A stretch of DNA of 64,000 bases from Blasia pusilla (Eukaryota). Positions 1 to 13,877 of this stretch are shown here, one piece after another. How positions within the stretch are numbered: the first letter of the stretch is position 1; each line of letters opens with the position of its first letter. The stretch is from positions 46,624,001 to 46,688,000 of the forward strand of contig CM114271.1 of NCBI GenBank assembly GCA_050084515.1, given 5' to 3'. Under the pieces are notes generated by a model. That model worked only from the letters and a program-made list of their open reading frames with translations. It ran no database searches and had not been told where the DNA came from. Both the position numbers and the translations under genes were made by a program.

Positions 1-1660
1 GAGTAGGAACCCATGTACTAGCCAAGAGGATACAACTGGGGCTAGATGGCATGGCGAGGTTGATGAGGAGATGGTGCCAGGTTGGCATGCATCCGCCTTT
101 TATGTTGGTTAGGGGTGGACTCTAGTATGGAGGACCACATGATATCTTACTCTAGTCAGAGGGTAGACGGCCAGCCTTCAGATCCTAAGGTTGGAGATGG
201 TGGTACGGATCAGCGTGATATTCATGATGATGCGTTGGTGTTGGAGTTCCTACGGACCAGTAGGGTGCCAGGCATAGTGAGTGCCAAGGAGCGAGACCGT
301 GTTCTTCAACGTGCTAAGAGGTATCGATTGGAGGGAACACATATTCTCCGCGTGTGGGAGGATGGTAGAGTACGAGTAGTGCCACATTTGGCTCGGAGAG
401 AGCGATTGTGACAGCGACATGTCCATGAGGAGTTGGGACATTTTGGGGTAAAGCGTACGTATAGCTTACTCCTTGGCCAGATTGGTGGCGTGGCATGCAT
501 ACTCAGGTGCAGCAGATTAGTGTCACGTTGTATGGTTTGTGACCGGGTGAGGGCATCATTTAATGCCCCTACACCACAATTACACACCCTTGCCTATTAT
601 GGGGTTGGGTTACCGTTGGAGTGTGGACTTTGCGGGACCGTTACGTTCAGCATGCGACATCATCGATATGTGTTGGTGATGGTGGAGCACTTCTCCAAGT
701 GGATTGAGTTGGTGGCATTACCGGACAAGGCAAGTGAGGGAACGGCGTATGCGTTTCTGGATAGAGTGCTTAGTCATTTTGGTGCACCAGCTGAAGTGCT
801 GACCGACCAGGGTACAGAGTTTCAGGGTGAGTTTCAGGTCTTGAGTGACAAGGCGTTGATTGATCATCGGACCACGTCTCGAGATCATCCAGGGGCGGAT
901 GGTTTGGCTGAGCGTGTGGTTCAGACGGTGAAGAGGGCATTGCGCAAGTATGGCCTCTGAAGCGGCATCTTGGAGACAGGATGTTCAGTTGCCATGGTTA
1001 GCCATGGGGTATAGGTTCAGTCGCCAAGCATCCTTGGCTTCCTTCTCACCTTATTTTCTGTTATATGGTCGAGATCCTGACTTGCCAGCAGCAATTCGTC
1101 AGGAGTCTAGTGAGGTGGTGAACCTTGATGACCCAGAGATGTGGATGAGGGTTTGTTCTCAGCGGGCGGAGCTCTTCCGGAGAGTTATGCCAACAACCTT
1201 TGAGAATCTTGCCATTGCTCAACACAGGGATACGTTGCGGTATGCAACCATTCGAGGTGGAGGTTATCGACCATCGATTCGTAGGTTCCATGTGGAGAAC
1301 TATGTCTATTTGCAGCAGATTGCACCGACAACGTTGGATGTGACGGCAGGCCGCACTATTTTACGAGTGCGCGAGGTGTTAGCTTCTGGAGTTCTCATGT
1401 TGGAGGGTTGTGATGGAGTTGTTTGGAAGGACCATGTGCGTAATTGTGCGCCATGTCATCTTCCAAATGTGGATGGTACTGTTGACCCAAGCTTAGCCAT
1501 GATACGTGCTAGCTTGAGGTGCATGTTGTGTGCATCTGCTGGTAACGCAGCCCGTATGTTGGTGTGTGATCGGTGTTCTAGGGGTTGGCACATGATGTGT
1601 TTGACTCCACGTTTGGATGTTGTTCCTACTGGAAGGTGGGTTTGTCCTCGATGTACTTAG
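1..1660 (+). pseudogene. Retroelement pol C-terminus: integrase (H2C2 + DDE core) fused to a PHD finger; frameshifted
   Basis: ORFs 82-411, 433-960 and 950-1660 join across frameshifts. The last ends CMLC..MLVCDRCSRGWHMMCLTP..VPTGRWVCPRC, a C4HC3 PHD signature. Confidence 0.9.
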
Positions 1661-2411
1661 GAGAGGTAGATGACTTGATCTTTGCATGATATGGATTACG
1701 GATGTGCGACTAACGATGGGGCAACCTAGCACCCGGCCTTCGATTCGGGCACCCAAGAAGGTGTATAGCATGTAGTAGATGTATAGGGCTACAGGAGTTA
1801 GAGGGACCTAACCGCTTGATTAGGGGGCGAGTTGTGGTTTTGTGTGTTTGTGGATACTCTCGTCTATGTTATGTATGTATGTGAGTATGGTATGTCAACG
1901 ATGTATGTTGTATGACGATGTGGATTCGCACGACATTTGTCATGACCATACGGATTATGTCGTAGAGTATGGTGTGCTAGTAGAGGCCATTCCTTATGTA
2001 GGACCGTAGTGGCTTGGTAGAAATGTGGTTCCATACATAGGGTTGGGGTTACTCGGTTGGGGGTGACTTTCCTAGTAGGGCCCGCTCTTAGGTTGGAGGA
2101 TATAAGGTGGAGTGCACTCAAAGAACGATCAGTTCTTTGAGTTGAGCCTGCTTGCGTTGGGAGTTAGCCTTGGTAGTGAGTAGAGCTCTTGGCTATGGTG
2201 TTTCCCAAGCTTCGACCTAGATTCTCCCATCGTGGGAGTGGGTTTGGCTCGATTGTATGTGATTGTACACGTGTTTTATGACAAAGAGGTCTTTCACGGA
2301 TTTCAGTTGTGGTACACTTGTGTTTGTGGATACTCTCGTCTATGTTATGTATGTATGTGAGTATGGTATGTCAGCGATGTATATTGTATGACGATGTGGA
2401 TTCGCACGACA
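1..2411 (+). mobile_element. 3' part of a Ty3/Gypsy-type retroelement (integrase + PHD finger) ending in split direct repeats B-A-B
   Basis: Frameshifted integrase (GHFGVKRT..C..C zinc finger; VEHFSKW, LTDQGTEF, GLAERVVQTVK core) and a C-terminal PHD. Then TAGGGGGCGA (1821-1830), B 1830-1935, TT, A 1938-2304 (starts TGTCA) and B 2305-2411 (ends CGACA). The 5' end lies outside the window. Confidence 0.9.
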
Positions 2412-2899
2412 GTTTTTGTTTATTCAAAATCACTTGCACGTCGAAAAATGTGGACATCTTTTCCACCAATGGGCTCCCAACATACATAATTGGGCACATA
2501 TGAAGAGAAGGATGAGGACATCCAAGGCATAACCATAGAGGTATTAAGAATATATTTCATGGCAAACAAAATGGAAGAATAAGAGCATTTGCAATATGTT
2601 AAGATCATGTTTATGTATCTGGACGTAAGTGTAGACGACGACAACAAGTATCAAAGGATGTCTCAAAGAGAAATGCTGGAAAAGTTTATTTGGTGCAAAT
2701 TCTTGGAGACAAGCTCTTGAAGTCAATCAAGCCATTCTATAATAATTTAAATGAAACAAGTCGAATTTCTTGTATAGCAAATGGAATAAAGTCCCGAACA
2801 AATCTCAGCTTTTATTGAATAATAGATCTCCCTCCTCAAAATGGACCACATGATCCATCAAGATAGATGCATCTCCTTGGAGAAACCTTGAAGTCATAA

Positions 2900-3700
2900 T
2901 CAAAGAGACTGAAGACCAACTACCCAAAAAAACTTGTCAATACGGTCCATATGTGACTGTGGAAGAAAATCTCACCCTTCCAAAACAAATAGGTAAAGTA
3001 GCTTGTCGTGAAACTAAGACATCATCTTCCTAAAATGTACTCAAATTGACAAATTGACCAAAAGTTGCCACAGTAGAAGTATCGGCACGGGCTAACCAGT
3101 GTGAGAAGATGGAAGGACATGTGCAAAGAAGGTAGAAAAGGCGTCGTAAAATATCATAAGCAACTTGAGGATCCTCTAGATAAGATAACAAATGAAGTTA
3201 TTATATATCTTCCGAGAAGGTCTCATCCAAGAACTTTGATACATAGTCCATGAATGCAATTGAGACACCAAGAGCTCATAACCCTTCGATACACAGGAAA
3301 AAATCAACAATAGATAGGATGAATGTTGATGGAATGGATGAAGGAGACCATTTCCAGTATTTACTAGGTTGGACTTAAGGATCTAGGATAGAGAATTGTT
3401 CCGCAAGATGGATATAAGCACAAACCATTTCACTAGGAGATTCTATAATGTAAATACAAAGAGAAGAGGGCACAAAAATGTGGGGAAAAAGTGGGTCATG
3501 CCTCAAGGTGATGTCATGAGTGGCAAAAAGTGTGCCACTCATGATATCACCTTGACACATCTCAAATGGAGACGGATTGGAGACTTCTAGAGATAGGTAC
3601 TCTCCGGAAGTGGCATGGTGAAAATAAATGACGGGCATATCTGAAATAGATGGAGCATACAACTAGAATGAACCTCACTACTTGTCATCCTATTAAACAA
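2900..3700 (-). mobile_element. Degenerate non-LTR (LINE-like) reverse transcriptase fragment
   Basis: ORF 3375-3662 contains QGDIMSGTLFA, resembling the LINE RT motif QGDPL(S/G)xxLF. Heavily decayed; boundaries approximate. Confidence 0.4.
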
Positions 3701-5005
3701 AACTCCTCAAATATGACCGAACAAGAAGTGGAATTGTATGCATTAGTCACATCGTTGTGAATAGGTACCCAAACTAGATGAATGTAAAAGATGACACCTC
3801 ACAACTACCCTAGATCAAAGGTGGCCATGCCAAATTGATGAAGAAATTGACTATGACTCCATAACTAACCCTATGGAATGGCAGATTTAGAACCCAAACT
3901 GTCTTTTGTTGCTTAGCTCCTCCTAAGACTACTCCATGTGTCATTGAAAACTTGGACACCAAACAGGTTACTTACTGCTGTTGGATAACCACAACATGGG
4001 GTAGTGCAAGTTTAGAAATCCTCGTGACTCCGCTGATTAGATGCTAACGTCCATTACACATCTGCCACATGGGAACATATGGAATGCATAGCACACTCAC
4101 ATATTGATTTGATATCATCTTTCATTCTTATAATCTGCCATCTCGCATTGATTTGCACTAGCACAAACAAGAAGAACCTGGTGACATCTTGAGGGTGACG
4201 AGGTGGTAGGAGGATTATGTTTTGGGTTTAGAAGAATTCTTGTGCAAAAGTGGATAATCTTGAGCATTCAGTGACAAGCAGTCCAGATATCTCCTGATTT
4301 GTCCCATCTCAGATGCAACACATATCCACACAATATGAGGCTGAATTTCTCCAAACCACTGATCACTCATGCTGGAGAAAGGACCTCTACACAATTTGAA
4401 GGGCACAACAAATGGAGGGATGTGCACCAAAGAGAATGAACTAAGCCAAAGGCGAAGCACTCTGGCCAGTCAAAAAGTGTAATCTTCCCGTTTGGTATAG
4501 ATTTTACCACTGAAATTCCGAGCTGGTGTACAGAGAGTGATACAACTTTCAGCACTGCTGGCATGTATCTTCTAAACTCAGATCAATCTCGAGTGCATCC
4601 CAGGGCGCTGGGAGGGATGGTCACTCAACAGCAATTTTAGCATCCTGGTTATGAGCTAATTGTAACATTCTTCTTTCTAAGGTATGGGTACATAGGCAAA
4701 AAAATCAGGCCCACATTTCAGAAATGAATGACAGATTGGAGACTACATGTCCTTAATCCCTTCCCTCTATAGAATGTCCACCTCAAAACAATTAATGTGG
4801 TTGCGTGACCACCACCCATCTAGGAGATATCCAAATCCATTTATCTAGTAGCTACATGAGGACTGATGGTCAGGCTTCTCCTAAAACTAGCTTCTGCCAA
4901 GAGGTATGCAAATACCTGCAGGCTGTGCATTGATTCATGTAAATTTTCGGCAATTTTCCTAATTTGAACTGGCAGAATCACACTACTCTGGTGTATCTAC
5001 ATTGG

Positions 5006-8000
5006 CTAGGATGGCCGCTCATGCTCAGCATTATCATTATCTGCAGCATCAATTCGTTCGGTGTATATTTTCCACTCAAATCGACACCTCTCTCGAACCT
5101 GGGAAAGACGAGACTAACCAGATTTAGAAATCCATCACCACATAAAATACATCATGGGAGTTTAAAAATGCCACGAAGCAAAAATAGATTTGGATTAGCT
5201 CTTGAGAGATAGAATACTTATGACAGAACTCACCCCTTCCCATGGCTCCTTTCCAGCCGCAGCCTCTCCCTGCAATCAGAACAAAAACCTAGGCTTCAAT
5301 ACCACATTTTGATGAACACAATCGCACAAGTTCTATGCATAAAGAGAGACAAGATATTCTACTGGTACATAGGGCTATATGAGCATTTTAGCAATACGTC
5401 CTTTCCTTGAGACACTACTCAAAAGATCCAGAATGCCTCCAACTTGCCTGTTGTCCCAGAGATGGTACCACTTGGTGCTTGATCCACTGTGAATCAACGA
5501 CTCCAATTTTTTCATGAGCTGGCTGCAATACAGAATTCAAGTCTAAAAGTCAGTGAAAACTCCCATGACCACTACATGTTGAGATAGTATCAGTAGAGCC
5601 TATGTGTGGCTGCTGAAAGGACTTTGCTCGGTCACTTATGGGCTAGAAGCTACAAACAAGAAGCAGGATGACATCACTGCACAGTGCACATACAAAAATA
5701 TCAATAACCACAAGTTCACCTCAAATACCATACTTCATTTCTTGGTGACAGATCTCACCTCTACACAGCGTCGCATACTGAAGTCTAGCCCCCAACCATG
5801 TACAAGATCATTCTGTAGAGCACACAGTTAAAAGTAAGGATTGTTCTGTACATAGCTCCACACACAATGAAAATCTTAATCCCAGACAATAGGACTAACT
5901 ACAGAGAAGAACTATACCCAGGGATTTTGTCCTTTCTTTTTTGGTAACAATTTATAATGGCCTGTCACATCCGGAACCCTTCAGAGAATTATACCTTCTT
6001 CCCATTTTGAAGTTTGTGCATATGCTAAAATGGAATCTCTTAGAATTATATCAGATCCAATTGGACACCCTGAGTCAGGTATTGCGTCAAACTCACTTGA
6101 ATCATGTGCCAAACACAGCGCCATGCTTTCCGAGAAAATACAGGGGCCATAATTTCTACAAATCTGCACTCCCCATTTTCAACAGCCAAAATTCAATTAG
6201 AAAGTTGGACCTTACAGGGGAGAGAAGCATTAGAGCTTCCACCAAATGAGCAGAAAGACATCAAAGAAAACATTAGTTATCTCTCCTCACCTCACAGGCA
6301 GAAAGACAAATCTGATGAATCGGAGGCATGAGGTAGCTTTTCTTGATTATAATCCACGAATACATCAACTGCACCTAACTACATCCCCCCCTGAGCAGCA
6401 GCCATGCTTGACAGGATGTCTGGAGAAAAATCTACTTACCCAGCACACGGTGGTAGATGGGGATCAGTGCACCAACCAGGCCGTTCCTCTGCTGTCCTGT
6501 AGGAGTAAGAGTATCGACGTATTAGTTAGGCAAATCTTTATAACTACAAGAATCAACCTTGTTCTATTCACCACTGCACAACACTGATTTTTTCTATCCT
6601 ATTGAGAAAAAGTAGACTATGTTATGCGTCGGAGCTCAGAGTGTGAGCATAGCCGGTTGGCACCTTCACAATACAGTAACTTACTTGTGCACCTCTGTAT
6701 CACCCCTTCGCTTGGTCATTTGCCATGTCAATCCTTTGTCCGGTTCTAGTGCTGGCTGTGAGATTTCCAAACCATATTTCCTGACCAGTTGGATATATCT
6801 GATGGATAATTGTATGGTCAGAATATCACATAGACAAGTGGAACGTAAGGGCAGCCCTCCTTTGACTAGAAAATCAAAGTTGTCAATTAAATGAGTCCCA
6901 AGTTGCACAGAACATGAACACCAACTTACTTCTCTGCATCAAAATGTTCGACATCCAGATCCTCATCCCAGATGAAGATGAAGTCATAGGGAGCTACAAT
7001 ATCAGGGTGCAGAAATCGCTTTGCATACCACCTGGCGAACCAGAACAAGAAGACATACATCAAATTTTGACACGACTCAGAGACTGCCTGGTTACAAATT
7101 GACAGCAGAGAGTTCTGTGAACTAGAAGTACATCTTTGCACGAAAGGAAGGGGCAATAGGTATCCATCTCTAGTCTTGAGAAGATGAAAAACTTTAGATC
7201 CCAACCAATGACTCCCTGGTCAAAGGAGTGACTAGCAACTTGGCACGTCTCCACCTTCAAAATACAAGGTACAATCCTCTGAAAAGTACATCCTCACTGC
7301 ATCTAGAGGATTAAACTCACCACTTAGTCTGTTTCCGGGCACTGATATGAATGGCAGTTTTGGACCACTCATATTCGTCCCACTCATTTGTATTCCCATC
7401 ATAGTGAAAGAGCAGAATGGTCCAGTCCTTTGGAAACTGCACGTGTTCACCAGGCATTTGAGTTGAGAATGATGTACTCCTCATCAATAGGATTCTGACT
7501 TTGATCAGCTCACAACCTTTAAATAGTTCTGAATGTTAACTTCACTCTACATTTTGGGCTGGCAAGAGTAGCTTGGCCATTTTCAATAGGAAAATATGAG
7601 AAACACTTTTGATAGCGGAGTACTTACTTTGGAGACAGCCTTGTCCACTATTTCCTTTTGCTTAATCCCAACAGTGAATGTCACCAGATACCTGGATGGG
7701 GAAGCGGGTAAATCCTACAAGAGGGAGTGAAGACACAGTGAGGAACTTTATAAGACCGTTGAAGTGCACAACTTAACGGCCAGCATTTTGTGAGATCCTC
7801 TGTAAACTTACTCATGCATTTCGCAGGTGAAGTACACTAGTCCATAAAATCTTCCCGGGACATCTCTTAACCAGCAGGCGGCAACATATCTCCACTAGAT
7901 TTGTCCATCGATGAAGTATGAAATAGACGGTCATGACTAATTTACCCACATCGCCACAAAAAGCGATGACTCGAGAGTGAAGTCGTTACCAGACCATCTA

Positions 8001-8819
8001 CATACTCGTCAGCCCATGACAAGTTCGACGGAGATCGCCCCATTACGCCTATTATCGAGCTATGACAAACCTGACGAGTCTGTAGACGGACAGCCCACGA
8101 CAAGCCCATCGAGATCGTTTTGGGATGTGTCTAATTCGGGATGGACATGAGTACCGGTAACATGCACTTCTGATAACCAAACTCGTGGAAAAAAGATTTC
8201 CTCATCAACTGATCCTCATGAGTGATCCACCTTCAGAACATACGAAAAACATTTGATTCAAACGTTCCTGAGACCGTTATGAAAGGTCGATCGTACCTCT
8301 TCAGGCTTTCCCCACAGTCTGCGCTGGTACAGATCTGACTCAGGAACGATGATACCTAGAGGAAGACCCTCAGTTCCACGAGGATGCCGAGTTGGGACAG
8401 AGGACAGTGGGTCATAACGGTGAATTTCTTCAGCGCTTAAAAAGCTACCACCGAAGTCACCCCAACCAAACTGCATCAGCTCCCCAGAAATCCAACAAGT
8501 AAATCAGAACTCGAAAAATTGGACCAGCAACCATTCGCAACAAGTCATGGATTGGATCACCTCTAGGGTGATAGACCAGTTTTCATTTTCCACAACTGAA
8601 ACTTCGGCAAAGAGTCAAGGGCGGGATTCCGTCCTGGAGGACAACCGGAAGCAATGGATTGAGCAGAAAAGTCCGGACAGAAGACTAATGGCGTACGCTT
8701 GTCAAGAAGATGCCGATGAAGAAGCCTATAGCAACTCCGCAGAAAATGGTGACGAGGAGCCTCAGGGTCTCGCTTCGCTTCTTCGTCGGCCCACTGCGAT
8801 GGAGACCAGAGTGAGCCAT
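5006..8819 (-). CDS. DUF707 family protein (lysine ketoglutarate reductase trans-splicing related 1-like), 12 exons, ~365 aa, N-terminal membrane anchor
   Basis: Exons 8819-8697, 8470-8297, 7714-7628, 7436-7321, 7031-6930, 6798-6685, 6496-6440, 6163-6097, 5812-5759, 5522-5448, 5269-5234 and 5098-5006 splice in frame (1098 nt). DUF707 motifs seen: GLPLGIIVPESDLYQRRLWG, LFHYDG, QTKWWYAKRFLHPDIV..YDFIFIWDEDL, EISQPAL, FVEIMAPVFSR.AWRCVWHMIQNDLVHGWGLD. Confidence 0.95.
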
Positions 8820-11800
8820 TCAATTTCTGGACGTGGTCCCGCGCAGATTACGAATCCCTGGACTCAATTTCAAAAATTTCAGCTGGGCGAGCAGAGCGGA
8901 CATCCGTGCTGGTGGAGCTACCGATCTGAATTCTGACGTACGGAAGAGTAGCACCAAGAAAAATACCTGCGCGAAGCCATGTGAGAAGAGGCCAGCAGGG
9001 TGGATTCAAACCCCTACTTTCTGTGAAACCAAACTTCTCTTCCCCTTCTCGCTTACTCAAAGATCCCACTCGGATCCTGCGTCCCTCCCGTCACAACCTT
9101 CAATTTCCTAGACCACGCGCCACATCCCTCCGACTCCAGTTCCCCACCATCGATCACGCACTCCTCATTTCAAATCCCCCGAAAACTCCGACCGATCCCC
9201 CTCATTTTCGATTGCGCGTGCTCGGAAATTCACCCATCGTCAAGCGCTCCCGCACCGCCGCACGCATCCATTCGAGCTTCCTACGGCGACACCCTCTACC
9301 AGCGCTCGAGGTCCAGAACGGCAGCAGCTGCAGCAGTTTCCATTCCACCACCAGCACTGCGTGCAGCGGCGCCAGAGGCGTAGCCTTACTGGCAAATGGA
9401 GTAACGCCATGTCCAACAACAACGACGACACAGGCGCTTCCCGAGTCCTGTCCCACGGATCCACTGCAGCGGGAAACGACTCCCGAGTGCCGTCTGTACC
9501 TGTACTGCGCACCCGGCACCACGCTGCGACCGCGACCGCGACCGCAGTCTGGGCTGGAGCGCGCAGGATCAACCACGATGGTCTGGGCTGGACCGCGTCG
9601 GGCGACGGTGTCCGCAGCGGCAGTCGAACGTCTGTCCTGACGTGGTTTCAGAGGCGGCGGCGCCCGCTTCCGTCTCCGTGTTTGTGCGCTGGCTCCCGCC
9701 GTGCTCTGCCGCGTGGTGCTGCGCAGCGGTCCCGGGTGGCTGGCTGGCTCGCTGGCTGGCTGTAACGGAACGCAGTCAACCGCTCGCAGCTCCCTCCCTC
9801 ACAACGGACGATGGTGGTTCTTCCCACGGCGGACTCCAAGGCCCAGTCCCAAGTACCGGGGATGGACGCCCGGTGGGGCCGTCCACCACAACCCCGGCTT
9901 TTCGAAGCGGCCCTTGCGACTGGCAATTCGATTTTATGAAATGCATCGGATCGACGGAAGGAATATTAATATATTGATGGGAGGATGTCTCTGATCGACA
10001 CGTGTCACTGTTCCCTACAAATATTTTTGGTAAGGTTAAGTGGAATCATCTATCTATATTATATTATTATTAAGAGAGGATAGGGTTAGAAAAAACCTCT
10101 TCTAACCTTGGGGAGGGTGTTGTTTACTTGGGACAAGACTCGACAGGCGCTTCCCGAGTCATGTCCCACGGGTGTTGTTCCCTAAGTCTAGAGAGGGAAG
10201 GACTCACTCCAACTTTGTGTTCTCTCTCGATCTCTTATATTTGGCACTCCCCGAAAAACTCCCCTAAACCCTCTCCATCCTCCCATCTCCATTCCTCCAT
10301 AGAGGGTAGGGATTGACATGGGAGGATGGAGATGAACTCTCTCGATCCCCCGAGAGAGATGGAAAGGGCCCATCCCTTCACTTTTAGAGAGAGAGAGAGT
10401 TTTGAATGTATTCCTAAATCAAATATTAAGTCAATAAGGCAGGCCAACAAAGGCGATGACAAACTAGTGCACCAAGTCATGCGAAGTTTTAGGCACTATT
10501 TGACCACCGCACGACATCATCAGATCATCTTGGTACAGATGGTCTAGCAAAGCGAGTTGTCAAGACTATGAAGAGAGGTTCACAACCGTGAAATTTGGGC
10601 CTCTACACCATCGTTACGTTATGCAATTATTGTTTTCAGTCATAAATTATGCCACTCACAACTCTCGCTTCTTTCTATGTGACTAACACGTGTATTTCCT
10701 TGTTCTTGAGTCCATCAATTTCAACCTACACTCAATTCTCTATTCTTTAACAACTTTGGATTGTGTCCATCTCTCCCATATGCATAGCAGGAACTACAAT
10801 AGACCACAGAGAGGGACATCATCTTGAAGGTTAATTAAGAAATATCCACAGGTTCCAACATAATAAGAAAATTATATCCCTCCATCCCACTATATCCTAG
10901 ATACTGCCATATATTCTACAACTTGTTGCTAAATCTTCACCTCTTGCTCCACTATGGATCACAATTAATGTATTGCACCACTGCCATTCAAATCTAATTA
11001 GCGACACCAACCTTGTGTCCTTCTCAAGCTCTTCATGAATCAAATCTACATTGCATAATTTTAAACCCTTTTTTCGGAATTCTTTCTTTTGGAATTCATC
11101 AACACACCAAAAAAGTGACACCACATGTGGTTCAAGATTTGGACTACGCGGATCTTTCCGTAGTGAAAATATTTAAATGGGAAACATACCTTTCTCCAAT
11201 TACATTGGATAAAATTTTGATCAAACCCATCTTTAATATGAGGGGACCCGAGTCTAATGTACCTCTACCAACACCCTAGTCTAGCCTATGCTTGGAATGC
11301 TCAATTGTCGAATGATGAGCCTCTCCAAGCCTTCCCTTGGGGTATACTTCTCTCCAAGTCCTAAAGAGCAAGAAGGTGGGTTGTGCACACATATCACGGT
11401 ATCACCTCAATTTCCTCAACATGTTCATAACAAATCACCGACCTCCAGTTAAGAAATCTGCTAGGAGGTTAAAAAAAACTCCCCGTGGATGACATATGCA
11501 TACAAGTCACAAAGGGAAGGCAATAGGTCGCTCTTAGCCTCTCCACGCCTAACTAAATACATATATAAACTCCCTACGAGAGTATGCAACCTAGTCTCTC
11601 TTGACTACAAATATTGTGACAAATCTTCAACATTAATGACACTTCATAGTCTCAATTCTCCTCAACAATGTGGTGTGAATACAAGCAAAGTGGTTTGACA
11701 ACAATGGCACAGTTTGGCTATGGGTGTTGTCACATGATAGTACATGGAGTTGTGCATAAACATGCACCACTCCACAATATTGGTATGGCTTTGTTCTTGT

Positions 11801-12860
11801 CAACGTTACATCATAGCCATAAGTGGCATGACATGGACATTTCGTAGTGTATTGCACCTACAAGTATCATGACATGATCATAATTGACTCAGAGAAACTA
11901 GCTAAGAACTATACATATCCATGAGACAAAATTGTGACAATCAATAATTACACCTTCGTATGATTTGATGAAATCGAGCTTACTTAGCATCTAAGGGTTC
12001 AACTTTCTATTCTATCCCCCTAAACTATGCTTTTAGAGCATGTTGTGGTTCCCACCCATTTACACAGGGGCTAGGTAAGCTCTATGCCCGGCATATGGAA
12101 TAGAGTCTCGCGTGGTTTTCTATATGGTGAAACTAAAGCACAATACATGACAAAGAGCTCATAAAGTAGTGGCAATGTATGCCATCAATTGTCATGAAGA
12201 ACCCTTAAATTAGGTTGGCCTAAGTGCAAGTTTGACTTATACATCATGAGATTGCACTACGATCACTAAGTGGGTGATGCCAAATTGTGAAGAACCATAA
12301 AGATTATCTAATTAAAATGGTGAACTTTTTTTGAAATAATCTTTTTTGGGGGCATGGCCCTTCAAAATTTCACCAAAACAGATATATCTCTGACAAACCA
12401 TACCATGCAATCCTATCATTCTGTGTGGTATGTCTCTATGCCTCAAAATTGGGTCCCATATCTAAGATCCACCATACGGATAAGGTTGAGGGTAAGGTTA
12501 ATCATGGGCACGGCTATAGCGGGGATCGTTAATATCGCATTCTTCTTCAATGTTTGGGCTTTGTGCATCCATTTTGCATACTAGTTTGTTATTTTGAGCT
12601 CCTTGCTTCGATATTTATAACTCAAATATGTGTAACAAATATCACATATATTATAGCAGATTGATGAATATCCATCCAGTGGCTTCAAGGAGGTAAAGGA
12701 TGAATTTTTTAGGACTAGGGAAACCTAAGTGTGGGATATTTTTCCCTTTTATGGTCTCTTTGGGAACTATATTGCTGTGTTTACCATTTTAGGAAAGTTC
12801 TATGTTTGGAATAGAGCTGATCTTTCATTTCGGAAAGATGCCCCTTAACCCAATCTTGCA

Positions 12861-12862
<2 letters not shown>

Positions 12863-12892
<30 letters not shown>
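12863..12892. repeat. (CT)n microsatellite
   Basis: Visible dinucleotide run. Confidence 0.9.
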
Positions 12893-12895
<3 letters not shown>

Positions 12896-13330
12896 CTCAA
12901 GTTTAGAATAAGGGCTATCCCCTTGAACCATGAGAAAAGAAGGATGGGAATACAACTAAACTCTTGCACCTTGCATAATGATGGGGATGAAACCTCTAGT
13001 CATTACTTGGAGTTCACCCCACATTGAGCAAGAGCATATGCTCATATTGCTAAGCTTGTCACACCAAACTTGTTCAACACTTTCAGTAGCCTTGATTCAT
13101 TGCCCAAAGTTGATGTGCTAGTAAGTAATGTCTATTGGAGATCCCTATCAAGTAAAGTAGATAGTGTGGTGAAGAGTTTCTTCGTTGACACTTGGAAGCT
13201 CCGTAGCATCACATTGTTTGTTTAGCACTCATACTATATGAGAGTGTCTCCCTCCTCTCATATGGTACCTTCTCTACTTCTTCCTCTCTCTACACCCATC
13301 CCAATCTCAAGCACCGTCCAAGGTCGCAAG

Positions 13331-13540
<210 letters not shown>

Positions 13541-13877
13541 ACATACATTTATCATATGAATCCTAAAAATCTATACATGAACGATTTGACACACCCAAAT
13601 CCTTAGATATTAAATATGCTTTTAGCTCTAAAATCTACAATTCCATTGTTTTAACATAACATTCACTCCCAACATGACTTGGATATATTTAATATGCATG
13701 CACTTCATGCTTCCAAAAAAAATGTCCAAATCAAGATACACTCAAACATAAATTTGTGATCTCTACATTAATTGTAGCCTGCTATTAATGCAAAAGATTT
13801 CATGCTCAAGACACCAACTTAGCCTTGTTATAATATATATCATGGATCCCATTCTCAAGGTATGATATCTAAAGATG

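Noticed and set aside
8981-9994. Several long overlapping ORFs upstream of DUF707
   Set aside because: GC-rich promoter/5' UTR with few stop codons; no recognisable protein motifs.
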